Assembly: GCA_965204375.1 (NCBI GenBank)
Contig: OZ241986.1
Location: forward strand, 736,001 to 800,000
Origin: Candidatus Latescibacterota bacterium
GTDB lineage: Bacteria; Latescibacterota; UBA2968
DNA length: 64,000 bases
Reading direction: 5' to 3'
Positions 9,227-19,902 of the stretch are shown here, in pieces (position 1 is the stretch's first letter; every line of letters begins with the position of its first letter). Position numbers and translations under genes: made by a program. The notes below the pieces were generated by a model. The model was not told the origin of the DNA and made no database searches. It worked only from the letters and a program-made list of their open reading frames with translations.

Positions 9227-11194
9227 GTGGCTACGAGAGACTTTTCCCGAGAAATAGAGGTTGGCCGTCAGCGGCATATCATGACGCCAAAAGCATTGAC
9301 GGTTGGGATGCTGGTCGTTGTTGCTGTGAATCTGTTGGCGCCGTTTTCCGAGTGGATTGTGCGATCTACGCTGTTGACGACCAATTATTTTCCGCTGGGT
9401 TTGGCGGCGTTGTTCATTTTTGTGGTTGTGGTCTTGAACCCCATTTTGAAGACAGTGAAGCGCGAGGGGGGATTGACGGGCGATGAGTTGGGCGTGGTCT
9501 ATACGATGCTTTTGGCGGCGGTATCAGTGCCCACTTATGGGGTGACAGGTTATGTGATTTCCGTGTCGGCTTCGCCTTTTTATTTTGCGACAACTGAGAA
9601 TGGTTGGGGCGAATTTATACACGACCATGTGCCCCTGTGGGCTGTGCCCGGAGGTGGGCGCGCAGTGGCATGGTTTTTTGAGGGGTTGCCGCCAGGCGCG
9701 GAAATCCCGTGGGGTGTGTGGATTATGCCGCTGTTCTGGTGGGGATCGGTGATTGTCGCGACACTGACGCTTTGCACGTGTCTTATTGCGGTATTTCGCA
9801 AGCAGTGGATAGATAAAGAACGGCTGAATTTTCCCCTGGTTGATGTGCCGTTGGCGATGATGGATGGTGCCGCAGATGGTCGAATTTTGCCGAAATTTAT
9901 GCGTAGTCGGTTGTTCTGGATCGGCTTTGCCATTGCCGCTGGCAAAATTGCGTGGAATGTGCCGGGTTATTTTTTTGAGGCCTGGCCGAGTATTCCCGCT
10001 ATTCGATTGAGTATTCCGGGCGGGCAAGTTTGGCCGGGTATTTCGTCAAATTTCTCGCTGCCTCTGGTGGGGATTACGTATTTTGTCAATGTGGATGTGA
10101 TTTTCAGTGTGTGGTTCTTCAACTTGTTTAATATGGCTGAGATCGCGCTGTTTAATCGCACGGGGTTTACCATTGGTACATCAGAGGTTTATTCGGTGAG
10201 TCCGGCAGCGTTGGGATGGCAGGGATTTGGGGCGTTTGTGGCGATTGTACTGGGCGGTGTTTGGGTTGCGTGCGAACATTTGCGCGGGGTGTGGCGAACC
10301 GCGTTGGGAAAGGAGAATGGCGTTTCAGATCGCGATGAGATCATGGGGTATCGCACGGCACTGATAGGAATTGCGCTCGGGGTCGTGTACATTCTTTTCT
10401 GGTTGACGCGCATTGGCATCCACCCCGGCGTGGCTTTGCTGCTTCTCTTTGCGGTTATTACGCTTTATCTGGGTCTGACGCGCATTGTCATTGAAGGGGG
10501 ACTGGTTTTTGTGCGGGGGCCTCTCGTGCCACAGGCTTATCCGATGCATCTCATTGGTCCGGCGGATTTGACGGGTTCAACGATGACGGGGCTGGGGCTG
10601 TCGTACGGATGGGCGTGCGACCCCATTGCCACATTTATGCCTTTTGGCGCGAATGCGGCGCGCGTACACAGCGAGCGTCGGTTTCCGCGAGGTGTTTATC
10701 TCACCGCGGTTGGATTGGCACTGGGTATTAGTCTGGTCGTATCTTTTTATTTTTCGCTCAAGCTGGCGTATGCTTCGGGTGCGTACAATTTTGGCGAGTG
10801 GGTATTTCGACGCGGTGGGCAGGTGCCTTATGATACGGTTGTGGCGAAAATTAAGGCGGCAGAGACGCTCAAATTTGGTCATTTTGCGTTTTTGGGCATT
10901 GGCGCGCTTGTGACAGTTTTGCTGACGTATTTGCGCCATCGGTTCGCCTGGTGGCGCTTGCATCCTATCGGGTTTTCAATTGCTTCTGTGGGACAAGTAC
11001 GATGGACTCTGTTGTCGCTGTTTGTCGCCTGGGCGATTAAAACACTTTTGATTCGCTTTGGCGGTTTGATGCTGTACAATGGCGCGAAGCCCTTTTTTGT
11101 CGGTCTGGTCGTGGGGCACTTTTCCGGTGCTGGTATATCGTTTATTATCGATGCGTTGTGGTTTCGCGGACATGGGCATAGTTTGTATTTTTGA
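9227..11194 (+). CDS. Polytopic membrane protein, DUF6785/DUF6784 (OPT-like putative transporter)
   Basis: Many TM segments; IPWGVWIMPLFWW, RKQWIDKERLNFPL, WWRLHPIG, KPFFVGL. Confidence 0.75.
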   Translation: MATRDFSREIEVGRQRHIMTPKALTVGMLVVVAVNLLAPFSEWIVRSTLLTTNYFPLGLAALFIFVVVVLNPILKTVKREGGLTGDELGVVYTMLLAAVSVPTYGVTGYVISVSASPFYFATTENGWGEFIHDHVPLWAVPGGGRAVAWFFEGLPPGAEIPWGVWIMPLFWWGSVIVATLTLCTCLIAVFRKQWIDKERLNFPLVDVPLAMMDGAADGRILPKFMRSRLFWIGFAIAAGKIAWNVPGYFFEAWPSIPAIRLSIPGGQVWPGISSNFSLPLVGITYFVNVDVIFSVWFFNLFNMAEIALFNRTGFTIGTSEVYSVSPAALGWQGFGAFVAIVLGGVWVACEHLRGVWRTALGKENGVSDRDEIMGYRTALIGIALGVVYILFWLTRIGIHPGVALLLLFAVITLYLGLTRIVIEGGLVFVRGPLVPQAYPMHLIGPADLTGSTMTGLGLSYGWACDPIATFMPFGANAARVHSERRFPRGVYLTAVGLALGISLVVSFYFSLKLAYASGAYNFGEWVFRRGGQVPYDTVVAKIKAAETLKFGHFAFLGIGALVTVLLTYLRHRFAWWRLHPIGFSIASVGQVRWTLLSLFVAWAIKTLLIRFGGLMLYNGAKPFFVGLVVGHFSGAGISFIIDALWFRGHGHSLYF

Positions 11195-11206
11195 ATAGGA
11201 GGTTAT

Positions 11207-12634
11207 ATGATGAATGTAATTTGTATTTGTCTGGATACGTTTCGCGCCGATATTGTCGGGCCAAATCAGAAGCTGAGTTTTGTCGAGACGCCTAATATGG
11301 ATGCGTTTGCAGCGGAGTCCGTGGTGTTTGAGCGGGCTTTTGGAGAATGCCAGCCGACGTTGCAGACGCGGCGGGGTTTGTTTACGGGACGGCGTACCTT
11401 TCCCTGGCGGTACAATTTTGATCGGCGCGGGCACTGGCATCACGCGCCTGGTTGGCACAAAATTCCGCCAGAACAAGATACGCTCGCTGAAATTCTGGTG
11501 GCAAATGGGTATCTGACCGGGTTGGTCGCCGATACGTATCACATGTTTAAGCCGACGATGAATTATACGCGTGGATTTGTGACTTATGATTTTATTCGCG
11601 GGCAGGAGAGTGACAACTGGCGGTTTGGCACGCGGGAATCGATTGAAGATTTGTTGCGCCCGCATGTGCGTGAACCAATCAACTGGGATCGGCATGTGGG
11701 GTTGATGCAGTATATGTTCAATCAGAAGTTTCGGCAACGCGAAGAGGATTACAGTTGTGCGCGTGTGTTTCGGCGCGCGGCGGATTGGCTGAGCGAGAAT
11801 GCACGCAATGCGCCGTTTTTCCTGTGGATCGATTCTTTTGATCCGCACGAGCCCTGGGATCCGCCGCGGGAATATGCAGATCGGTACATGCCCGATTGGG
11901 ATGGGAAGGATTTTATTACACCTGGAGCTGGAAATGAAGGCGATGGGGTGAGCGATGAGGAGAGAGAGCGGATTAAGGCGCTTTATTTTGGGGAGGTCAC
12001 GCTGGTGGACCGCTGGGTGGGGCACTTGCTGGATCGGGTCGATGATCTGGGTTTGAAAGGCGATACGATTGTGATGTTGATGTCAGACCACGGCACGCAG
12101 GTGCTGGATCACGGGCAATTTGGCAAAGGGCCAGATTGCCTGCATCCGTATAACACGCGATTGAACTGGATGGTGCGACATCCCGATGTGTGCAAGCGCG
12201 TTTCGGGTTTTGTTCAGGCGCACGATTTGTTGCCCACTGTGTTGGGCTTGCTGGATATTCCCTGCCAGGCTGTGGATGGGACAGATGTCTGGCCGTTAGT
12301 GACGGGAGAGATGGATGCGGTGCGGGATCACGTTGTGATTGGCTGGGCCAGTTTTTCAACCGGGCCAGCTACAGGCAGGGCATCGGTGCGCGATGATCAG
12401 TGGAATTATACGGTGAGTTTAAATGATGTGAATAATGAAGAGCTCTTTGACCTTGTTGCCGATCCCGATGAGAATACCAATGTCGCCGCAGATCATCCCG
12501 ATGTGGTGGCTTTGCAAAGATCGCGCATCCAGGCAGTGATTCACCAACCCCTGCCCGCCACGTTTAACGAAGTGTGCGACAATGCGCCAGCACCAGGTGC
12601 CATGTTTGTGCAGGGGAGAAAAAGAATGGGTTAA
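11207..12634 (+). CDS. Sulfatase-like hydrolase (alkaline phosphatase superfamily) with non-canonical active-site motif
   Basis: [50 protein letters not shown]. Confidence 0.85.
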   Translation: MMNVICICLDTFRADIVGPNQKLSFVETPNMDAFAAESVVFERAFGECQPTLQTRRGLFTGRRTFPWRYNFDRRGHWHHAPGWHKIPPEQDTLAEILVANGYLTGLVADTYHMFKPTMNYTRGFVTYDFIRGQESDNWRFGTRESIEDLLRPHVREPINWDRHVGLMQYMFNQKFRQREEDYSCARVFRRAADWLSENARNAPFFLWIDSFDPHEPWDPPREYADRYMPDWDGKDFITPGAGNEGDGVSDEERERIKALYFGEVTLVDRWVGHLLDRVDDLGLKGDTIVMLMSDHGTQVLDHGQFGKGPDCLHPYNTRLNWMVRHPDVCKRVSGFVQAHDLLPTVLGLLDIPCQAVDGTDVWPLVTGEMDAVRDHVVIGWASFSTGPATGRASVRDDQWNYTVSLNDVNNEELFDLVADPDENTNVAADHPDVVALQRSRIQAVIHQPLPATFNEVCDNAPAPGAMFVQGRKRMG

Positions 12635-13302
12635 ACCACCACGGGATCGCTATTTTTTGCAGCTTGCCAGGCCCGCCAGTCGCTGAGGAAGCGTTCCAGA
12701 CCGATGTCGGTTAGGGGATGCGCGAGTAACTTGCTCAATACATCGGGCGGAAGGGTCGCCACATCTGCGCCAGCAAGCGCGCATTCGACGACGTGTTTGG
12801 GCGAGCGCAAACTCGCGGCCAGCACCTGGGTTTTAAATCCATAATTATCGTAAATCTGGCGGACCGTGCTGATCAATTCCATACCATCTTGTCCCAAATC
12901 ATCAAGGCGGCCAATGAATGGGCTGATATAAGTCGCGCCTGCTTTGGCGGCCATCAGTGCCTGATTTGCGGAGAAGCACAGGGTTACATTTACGCGAATC
13001 CCATCATCCGAACACGTTTTGATCGCCTTTAGACCATCTGGCGTAATCGGAATTTTCACTACTACCTGTTCGTGAATTGCAGCATTTCGACGCGCTTCGG
13101 CGATCATGCCCTCAGTATCGGTGCTGACTACCTCGGCACTTACCGGTCCATCTACAATTCCGCAGATTGCGCGAATGATGTCTTCAAATTCCCCTTCTTC
13201 TTGCGACATAAGAGAAGGATTTGTCGTCACGCCATCCAGCACACCCATGGCCTGGGCTTCGCGGATTTCGTCTAAATTGGCTGTATCGATAAAGAACTTC
13301 AT
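12631..13302 (-). CDS. fsa: Transaldolase / fructose-6-phosphate aldolase (short family)
   Basis: [45 protein letters not shown]. Confidence 0.93.
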   Translation of the reverse strand: MKFFIDTANLDEIREAQAMGVLDGVTTNPSLMSQEEGEFEDIIRAICGIVDGPVSAEVVSTDTEGMIAEARRNAAIHEQVVVKIPITPDGLKAIKTCSDDGIRVNVTLCFSANQALMAAKAGATYISPFIGRLDDLGQDGMELISTVRQIYDNYGFKTQVLAASLRSPKHVVECALAGADVATLPPDVLSKLLAHPLTDIGLERFLSDWRAWQAAKNSDPVVV

Positions 13303-13370
13303 GTATGCCTCCTTTTTATGAATGTACGAATAACGGAGCAGTGTACAACTGGCCGTCTCTCAGACAGTTT

Positions 13371-13406
13371 ATCCGCGCAATCTGCGTAATCCGCATCATC
13401 CGCGAT
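13371..13406. repeat. Four tandem degenerate 9-mers
   Basis: atccgcgca atctgcgta atccgcatc atccgcgat, abutting the stop of the prenyl synthase gene. Confidence 0.7.
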
Positions 13407-14453
13407 CTAAAATACGCGCTCGACCAAAAATGAACACATTTCTCTGAGTACTTCTCTCGATTCCGATGGGGGCAACTGGGCGAGGCGTGCTTCGGCAGAT
13501 TCGGCGCGCGTTTGGCAAGCCCGTTGCGCTTTTTCAATTGCGCCATATCTTCCCATCAATTCAATTACCCACTCGATTTCTTCTTGCGATGTTGCATCTC
13601 GATCTCGGTCCAGAATTTCGCGCACTTTTTGATTTTCTTCTGGCGTACAGTGGTTGAGCAAATCGATGACCATCAAGGTGCGCTTGCCCTCGGCAATGTC
13701 CCCGCCGCGCTCTTTGCCATAACCCCCGGATGTGGTTGTGGGAGCTAATGTTGCATCGGTATCTTCAACGACGATATTGAGCAAGTCATCGCGAATTTGA
13801 AATGCAACAGCTATGGCTTCACCAAAATCGCCAATCGCCCGTTTCATGTCATTGTCAGCACCCGCAATAATCGCGCCCATGGTACAGGGTCCGCGGCCAC
13901 TATACCATCCCGTTTTGCGCCGCAGCATGTCAACAAAATCGCGTACATCGGGAATGGCTTCGGCCTCGATCCAACCGATATCCAATGCCTGTCCTTCAAA
14001 TGTTATTTGTGCGCCCTGGATCATTTCACAAAGCAAATCGAGAGTTGTTGTTTCCCCTAATATTTCGCGATTTGCATATAATATTTCAAATACTTTGGAA
14101 TAGAGTGCGTCGCCCACGTTAATGCTCAGCGGAATCCCGTGTATCAGATGCAAACACGGTTTTCCTCGCCGCATCAAAGAGGCATCCTCAATGTCGTCGT
14201 GTACCAGGGCAAAGGACTGAAATAACTCAAAAGCAGCAGCCGTGCGCAACCCCACACCAGGATCACCCCCAAATGCCTCAATGCCCAGCAGCACCAGTGC
14301 CGACCTGAACCGCTTCCCGCCGCGCTGGGGATAATCGCGCATAGGTGCGTACAAATAATTAATTGGATCTTTATCTTTTGGCAAGAACCGATACATTTCC
14401 TCGTCAATACGAGGCACCCAGGTTTCCAAATAATTTTTTAATCGCGTTTCCAT
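13407..14453 (-). CDS. Polyprenyl diphosphate synthase (probably short-chain, GGPP/FPP type)
   Basis: GGKRFR, FARM FALVHDDIED with RRGKP, RKTG, SARM FQIRDDLLN, GDIAEGK; Phe five residues before FARM. Confidence 0.9.
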   Translation of the reverse strand: METRLKNYLETWVPRIDEEMYRFLPKDKDPINYLYAPMRDYPQRGGKRFRSALVLLGIEAFGGDPGVGLRTAAAFELFQSFALVHDDIEDASLMRRGKPCLHLIHGIPLSINVGDALYSKVFEILYANREILGETTTLDLLCEMIQGAQITFEGQALDIGWIEAEAIPDVRDFVDMLRRKTGWYSGRGPCTMGAIIAGADNDMKRAIGDFGEAIAVAFQIRDDLLNIVVEDTDATLAPTTTSGGYGKERGGDIAEGKRTLMVIDLLNHCTPEENQKVREILDRDRDATSQEEIEWVIELMGRYGAIEKAQRACQTRAESAEARLAQLPPSESREVLREMCSFLVERVF

Positions 14454-14454
14454 T

Positions 14455-16899
14455 TTATCGCCTGAACTCCTTTACTTTTTTGCGAATTTTTGCCTCGACA
14501 TTTGCCGATAGAGGCCGAACGGGAATTTTTTCATCGCTGTGAGTAGCAATATCACCTGTGATGGATATTTCAAGACGCGGATGTTTGGGTACATAAGGTT
14601 CTTTTTCCAACATCGCATGTAACAAGACGAGGGCGGCTTCTTTGTCGGGAATCGTTCCTCTCGTATTGCCATCGTCGCCAGGAGGCAATGGCGCGCCCAC
14701 ACACGACGGACACCCCGCTTCACATTCGCATTCCGATACGACCATCCAACAGGCTGTTATGACATCTTCGATCATCTCATAAGCTTTTTCCGAAAAACCA
14801 ATGCCTCCCGGATGTCGGTCATATACAAATGCGGTCGGAAGCCCCGTATTGGAGCTATCTACTGTGGTGCCAATATCCATGACATCGCACATTGCAAACA
14901 GGGGGAGCACTTCTCCCATTACATTGGCAATGCCTTTGAGTCCCTCAGATGGCACGCGCCCATGGCTACGACACTGGTTTAGCCCTTTCTGGGGCGGTAC
15001 GACCCAGCAGGCGGCTGTATCGAGCTTGCGCTCTGGCAAATCGAGATTTTCCCAGCCAATGCTGTCGCGGTCTTCAAATTTCACTTTCTTAAACATCGTT
15101 ACCAGTGACGAGACAGAGACATCGCCAAAATATACGTCACTGACGCGCCAGGCGCCCGATATTTCGGTATTATTTACGACAATACTCGTCTCGTCAACTG
15201 CATGGGTATAATAGTCCAGTGCTTTTTGACTTACCCGTGCAATTTTGCGCTCTGTGTCGAGTTGATCGACAAAGTACGTCTGCCCATTGTGCAAATATAC
15301 AGCGTGTGTATGTATCTGAAAAAACGCGCTGATTTCATCCAGGGAACCGATTACCTGTGCATCGCCTTCTGTCTCGTCGATAATAGTATAGGTCGGATCG
15401 CTGATATTGCGCAGCCCGACCTCTGCTGCTGGATATCCCGATTGGCTGTAAAACCACTGCCCATTGAGCTGGCGCGTCATGCCTTCATCTGATAGAATCT
15501 CGAGTAGCGCACCCGTAAATTCTCCCATTACTTCGCCTTCTTCGCCCCGCACAGGCAGTTCTCGCAAAGCACACCGCAGATGTCCCACGACGAGATGCGG
15601 GTTGTTGGGATCAATAGTCGCGTGTTCGGGCGATTGTCCGAAAAAATAAGCCGGATCGCGCATCAAAAATTGATCGATGGGCGCATTGTGTGCCACAAAG
15701 ACCACCAGCGACTCTTCGGACTGCCGCCCCACACGTCCCGCTTGCTGCCACATGCTGGAAATACTGCCCGGGTATCCCACAATTAACGCGGCATCCAGGT
15801 CTCCAATATCAATCCCCAATTCCAGGGCATTGGTACTCACCACGCCGAGCAACTCACCTTCGAATAATTGCCGCTCAATTTCTCGCCGTTCTGCAGGCAG
15901 ATATCCACCGCGATAAGCGCGAATTGCGCCTGCCATCCGCTGGCTTACCAGTGACAGATCCTCTTGCACATAGCGATAGATCACTTCTGCAGATGTGCGC
16001 GCTCTCACAAACGCGATGGTTTGCACCCTGTTGTGGATGAGTTTGCCGAGCAACCAGCGCGCCTCGGTATTTGAACTGCGCCGATCACTCGTGGTGCCTT
16101 CCAGGAAAGGCGGATTCCAGAATGCAAAGTGGCGTCTGCCCCGCGGGGAGCCATCCCGATCAATCAGGGACATCGGCTGTCCGGTCAATGCTTCGGCGTG
16201 TTCTTTGGGATTTGCTATGGTCGCGGAGCAGCACACAAATTGTGGGGGCGTGCCATAGTGCGCGCAAATTCGCATCAAGCGGCGCAATACATTGGCTACA
16301 TGCGAGCCAAAGACCCCTCGATAAGTGTGTATTTCGTCGAGTACTACATAGCGCAAGTTTTGAAAAAAGCGCGCCCAGCGCGGGTGGTTGGGCAACACGC
16401 CCTGATGCAACATATCGGGATTGCTCAAGATTACCCGTCCTTCTTCGCGCAGTGTTTTGCGCTGGTTGGACGGCGTATCTCCGTCGTAAGTACCCAGAGA
16501 AAATTTCAATTGCTCGTTTAGTTCGCCAAACCGCGCCAGTCCTCGCGCCTGGTCCTGTGCCAGGGCTTTGGTCGGGAAGAGATAAAGCGCAGTCGCCTGC
16601 GGGTCAGATAGCAGTGCTTCCAGCGTGGGTATTTGATAACACAGAGTTTTCCCACTCGCCGTTGCCGTAACTACTACCACGCCTTCCCCGCGCCTCAGAG
16701 CGGCCAGAGCATCGGCCTGATGCGTATAGAGCCGATCAATGTCCTGCTGTTTCAAGGCGTTGGAGATCGCGGGATGCAGTGCGCGGTCATCATCGGCGAA
16801 TGTAGCTTCTTGCGCGGGTATGGTTTCTATATGAGCTACCTGACCGGCATACCCATAGTCGCGGCGAACATGTGCAATAAATTGATCAAAATTCATCAT
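14455..16899 (-). CDS. DEAD/DEAH-box helicase with C-terminal DUF1998 (MrfA/YprA/Hrq1-like)
   Basis: TATASGKT, PTKALAQDQ, DEIH, SATIAN, TNALELGIDIG, QAGRVGR, C-terminal CECEAGCPSC; ATG 16899 preferred over TTG 16923. Confidence 0.92.
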   Translation of the reverse strand: MMNFDQFIAHVRRDYGYAGQVAHIETIPAQEATFADDDRALHPAISNALKQQDIDRLYTHQADALAALRRGEGVVVVTATASGKTLCYQIPTLEALLSDPQATALYLFPTKALAQDQARGLARFGELNEQLKFSLGTYDGDTPSNQRKTLREEGRVILSNPDMLHQGVLPNHPRWARFFQNLRYVVLDEIHTYRGVFGSHVANVLRRLMRICAHYGTPPQFVCCSATIANPKEHAEALTGQPMSLIDRDGSPRGRRHFAFWNPPFLEGTTSDRRSSNTEARWLLGKLIHNRVQTIAFVRARTSAEVIYRYVQEDLSLVSQRMAGAIRAYRGGYLPAERREIERQLFEGELLGVVSTNALELGIDIGDLDAALIVGYPGSISSMWQQAGRVGRQSEESLVVFVAHNAPIDQFLMRDPAYFFGQSPEHATIDPNNPHLVVGHLRCALRELPVRGEEGEVMGEFTGALLEILSDEGMTRQLNGQWFYSQSGYPAAEVGLRNISDPTYTIIDETEGDAQVIGSLDEISAFFQIHTHAVYLHNGQTYFVDQLDTERKIARVSQKALDYYTHAVDETSIVVNNTEISGAWRVSDVYFGDVSVSSLVTMFKKVKFEDRDSIGWENLDLPERKLDTAACWVVPPQKGLNQCRSHGRVPSEGLKGIANVMGEVLPLFAMCDVMDIGTTVDSSNTGLPTAFVYDRHPGGIGFSEKAYEMIEDVITACWMVVSECECEAGCPSCVGAPLPPGDDGNTRGTIPDKEAALVLLHAMLEKEPYVPKHPRLEISITGDIATHSDEKIPVRPLSANVEAKIRKKVKEFRR

Positions 16900-16966
16900 G
16901 CGGGAAGGACTTTTGAATTCCAAAGGGAGAGAGAAAGGAAGTGAAAAAGAAAGAGGGAGGTACGAT

Positions 16967-17004
16967 AGCTATAGAAATATAGCTGGAAGGTGAAAATGGG
17001 TCAA
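16967..17004 (-). promoter_or_regulatory. Sigma70-like promoter of the helicase operon with an overlapping palindrome
   Basis: TTGACC (17004-16999), 17 bp, TATATT (16981-16976); AGCTATA-N4-TATAGCT at 16967-16984. Confidence 0.55.
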
Positions 17005-17069
17005 CTTAAAAGAGGCGAATAGAAGGTGTGCATGCCCTGACAGTGTGCGAGGATGGGGGCCACCTATAA

Positions 17070-19871
17070 CTACAGAGCATGGGAGAGACGCAGGTATAAA
17101 TACCTCCCCAAGAAGTCGTAGGTATTGGCATCGGAAGTGCCGAGGAAACCATTGTATATCACTGCTGGTGCCTGATTGAGGATATTGTTTATTCCGATTG
17201 TGAGTAAGGAGTGACCAAAGGCTGTACCCAGTTGGTATGATCCATGCATACTAAAGATGCTGTTGGGACTAACTTTGCGACTCGGTGGTATTTCTGTCAC
17301 ATCCGGACGGTACTTGCCCTTGCAGTCGTCATCCTCGCATTCCTCGAATCCGCCTATGTATCGCCAGGTCAGCCCAATGGAAGAACGGTTACTCTCTACG
17401 CTAACTGAAGCGGCGTGACGCCAGCCTGGGAACACGCCCAGATCGTAGTAGCCCTTGCCTTTGACCAACTCTGAACCGTTGGCTGAAGGCAGGATCTGAT
17501 CGTAATTCACGAGCAGGTTGCTTTCTATTTGCGCCGAGACAATGCCCAGAGGTGAGTCAGTAGCGTAATGGAGTCCGATATCCATGCCGCTGGTTTCTGT
17601 TTCGCCAACATTGGTGTTGGGTGATGAGATAAAATTAATCAGTTTGGTTTTTGGGTCGCGCACGACTTGATCGCAGTTGGATGGCGTGTCCTGCGAGTAG
17701 CAATTACTTAATATGAGGCTGGCGGGTAACGCGCCGATCTCATTCGTGATCGCGCTGGTATAGTAATCGACAGTTATATCGAATCCATCCAGAAAGCCCG
17801 TCTGATAAACCAGACCTGCCGTGAGCATTGTGGCCTTTTCTGGATCGAGATCTGTGCTGCCACTGAACTGGGCTCGCAGTTGTGCCCGTGAATCCTCGAA
17901 GTCGGATGGAATGCCTTGGGCCGCGCAATTTCGCATTTGCTGAGCGGTTAACGCTCGGGCATTGCCCGCTTCATCGACTGCACTACATGGATCGCTGACC
18001 AGCGGGAAACCATCGCTGTTGCCAAGGAACATTTCGGCGATGCTGGGGGCGCGAAAAGCATTGGAGTATGTGGCACGAAATGCCAGCCCTTGAGGCAGTT
18101 CGAGACGAGTACCCGCTTTATAAGTGGAGCCAAAGCCGAACGAATCGTAGTGGAAAGAGCGCCCAGCGGTTATTAAATCGAGGCCGACTTCTCCCGCTTT
18201 GTAGAGCGGCAAATGGGCTTCCGCATACAAAGCCTTGACCGAGTACGCACCATCGGTGGGGGCCTCGTCACTACCGGTAGTATTTCCCGATGCGGTTATG
18301 GGATCGGGAAGATAGGCTCCCGCTTCCCAGCGTGAAGATAGACCTGCGGCTATGACCAGTGGACCAGCCGGGAGTTGCGCGATCTCTCCGGTCAGATTCC
18401 ACTGCAGGATTTGCTGTTGAGAGTAGCCTCTGGCGATACCGGTATATTGTATGTAGTCTAACATTTCTTGGGTGATTGTGCCTGCACCGTGGAGTATATC
18501 CAGCGACACGCAGTCGCCGGTACAATCCTCGTCTGGCCCTAATGCCCGAACAAGATTACTGATTATAAATCGGCCCTCGTTGACGCTGGTGCCTTCGCTG
18601 CGTCCGTAGGAAAAGGACAGGTCAGCGTCAAAGCCCATGAGCCGATGGTTCAATCCCAGGACCAGGCGATAGGTATCAATATCCTGGAGATAGTTGCGAT
18701 TGCCTGCTTCGAGAAAACGCCGCCGAACATCGATAAAATCACGGCCAAATTCGTTGTACCGGTTGGTAGATGACACGACGATGCCGTCGCTGATGGTAAA
18801 CAAAGGCGTCGGGGCCAGCTTTTGATCGGATTGGCGATTGGTGTACGATACCTCGAAGAAAGTTTTCGCATCTTCTGCGAATTTGTAAGCACCGCTGAGA
18901 AAGGAGCTGTAGCGTGTCTGTGGGGTGTAGAGGTAATTCTCCGGTTGATAATTGTACGTGTCACCGCTTCCATCAGAGGAGATTCCCGCCCAATTGAAGG
19001 GGCGCCAGCCGGTGTGTGGATCGAGGTGGTAATCACCGGCGTTCTCGCCAGCCGCCGCAACGACTGCCTGCCAGGCTTCGTTGCCCTCTGTACCCAGGCG
19101 GTCGATGATGTGGCCTTCCGGGGTGGCTGAACTGCCGTTTTTGTTATAGGTGCCGTCGTTTTTTCCCCAATCGTAGTTTTTGTCCGATACGCTGAAACTG
19201 CGGTCGCCGGTCCAGACGGGCTGCCGGTTGTGGTAACCGGCAGAAAACAGGATGTGGCCTTTTTCGCTCTGCAAACCGGCGGTTATGCTGAGGTCGCGGA
19301 CTTCGCCATCACCTGCACCTGAAATTCCCTCATAATAATCTATCTCTACCCCTTCCATATCTGACCGGGTGATGATATTGACCACGCCCCCAATAGCGTC
19401 TGATCCATATACGGCCGAGGCTCCATCCTTGAGTACTTCGACGCGTTCGATGACCGAAGTGGGAATAGAATTGAGATCAACGGATGAATTTGCGCCTGTT
19501 CCGCCCGGCACAAAGCGACGTCCGTTGACCAATACCAGAGTGCGATTAGAGCCGAGTCCGCGCAGATTAATCCGGGTAGAGCCATCACCGCCGTTGTTGG
19601 ACTGGGTATTGGTCGCGTTGGACTGTACTGTGAGTGTTTGTAGCACATCGCCAATGGAAGTCAATCCCCGCGCTTTGATTTCGTCACTGGATAGGACGAC
19701 GACTGGCGCTGGTGAAAGGCTTTCCGCACTTTTGATGCGGGAACCAGTTACGACAATCTCTTCAAATTCGTAGATTTTCGGCTCTTCTGGCGATTCTTTA
19801 ACATCCTCTGCGAATACTGGTATAATAAAGACGATAGCGATTATCTGCCAGAATATGTGCTTCACACTCAT
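17070..19871 (-). CDS. TonB-dependent receptor
   Basis: Signal peptide, EEIVVTGSR TonB box, INLRGLGSNRTLVLVNGRR, IERVEVLKDGASAVYGSDAIGGVVNII, C-terminal GRYLYLRL. Confidence 0.95.
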   Translation of the reverse strand: MSVKHIFWQIIAIVFIIPVFAEDVKESPEEPKIYEFEEIVVTGSRIKSAESLSPAPVVVLSSDEIKARGLTSIGDVLQTLTVQSNATNTQSNNGGDGSTRINLRGLGSNRTLVLVNGRRFVPGGTGANSSVDLNSIPTSVIERVEVLKDGASAVYGSDAIGGVVNIITRSDMEGVEIDYYEGISGAGDGEVRDLSITAGLQSEKGHILFSAGYHNRQPVWTGDRSFSVSDKNYDWGKNDGTYNKNGSSATPEGHIIDRLGTEGNEAWQAVVAAAGENAGDYHLDPHTGWRPFNWAGISSDGSGDTYNYQPENYLYTPQTRYSSFLSGAYKFAEDAKTFFEVSYTNRQSDQKLAPTPLFTISDGIVVSSTNRYNEFGRDFIDVRRRFLEAGNRNYLQDIDTYRLVLGLNHRLMGFDADLSFSYGRSEGTSVNEGRFIISNLVRALGPDEDCTGDCVSLDILHGAGTITQEMLDYIQYTGIARGYSQQQILQWNLTGEIAQLPAGPLVIAAGLSSRWEAGAYLPDPITASGNTTGSDEAPTDGAYSVKALYAEAHLPLYKAGEVGLDLITAGRSFHYDSFGFGSTYKAGTRLELPQGLAFRATYSNAFRAPSIAEMFLGNSDGFPLVSDPCSAVDEAGNARALTAQQMRNCAAQGIPSDFEDSRAQLRAQFSGSTDLDPEKATMLTAGLVYQTGFLDGFDITVDYYTSAITNEIGALPASLILSNCYSQDTPSNCDQVVRDPKTKLINFISSPNTNVGETETSGMDIGLHYATDSPLGIVSAQIESNLLVNYDQILPSANGSELVKGKGYYDLGVFPGWRHAASVSVESNRSSIGLTWRYIGGFEECEDDDCKGKYRPDVTEIPPSRKVSPNSIFSMHGSYQLGTAFGHSLLTIGINNILNQAPAVIYNGFLGTSDANTYDFLGRYLYLRLSHAL

Positions 19872-19902
19872 CTATACCTCGCGATTGGAGAATGACAATT
19901 TT

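Noticed and set aside
10976-12025. 349-aa minus-strand ORF and other long antisense ORFs (4357-5082, 59304-60182)
   Set aside because: Shadow frames of well-supported genes on the opposite strand, with no recognisable motifs.
14455-16923. DISARM/Druantia-type defence helicase
   Set aside because: The architecture matches the stand-alone MrfA/Hrq1-like repair helicase, its neighbours are housekeeping genes, and no methylase or drm partners are present.
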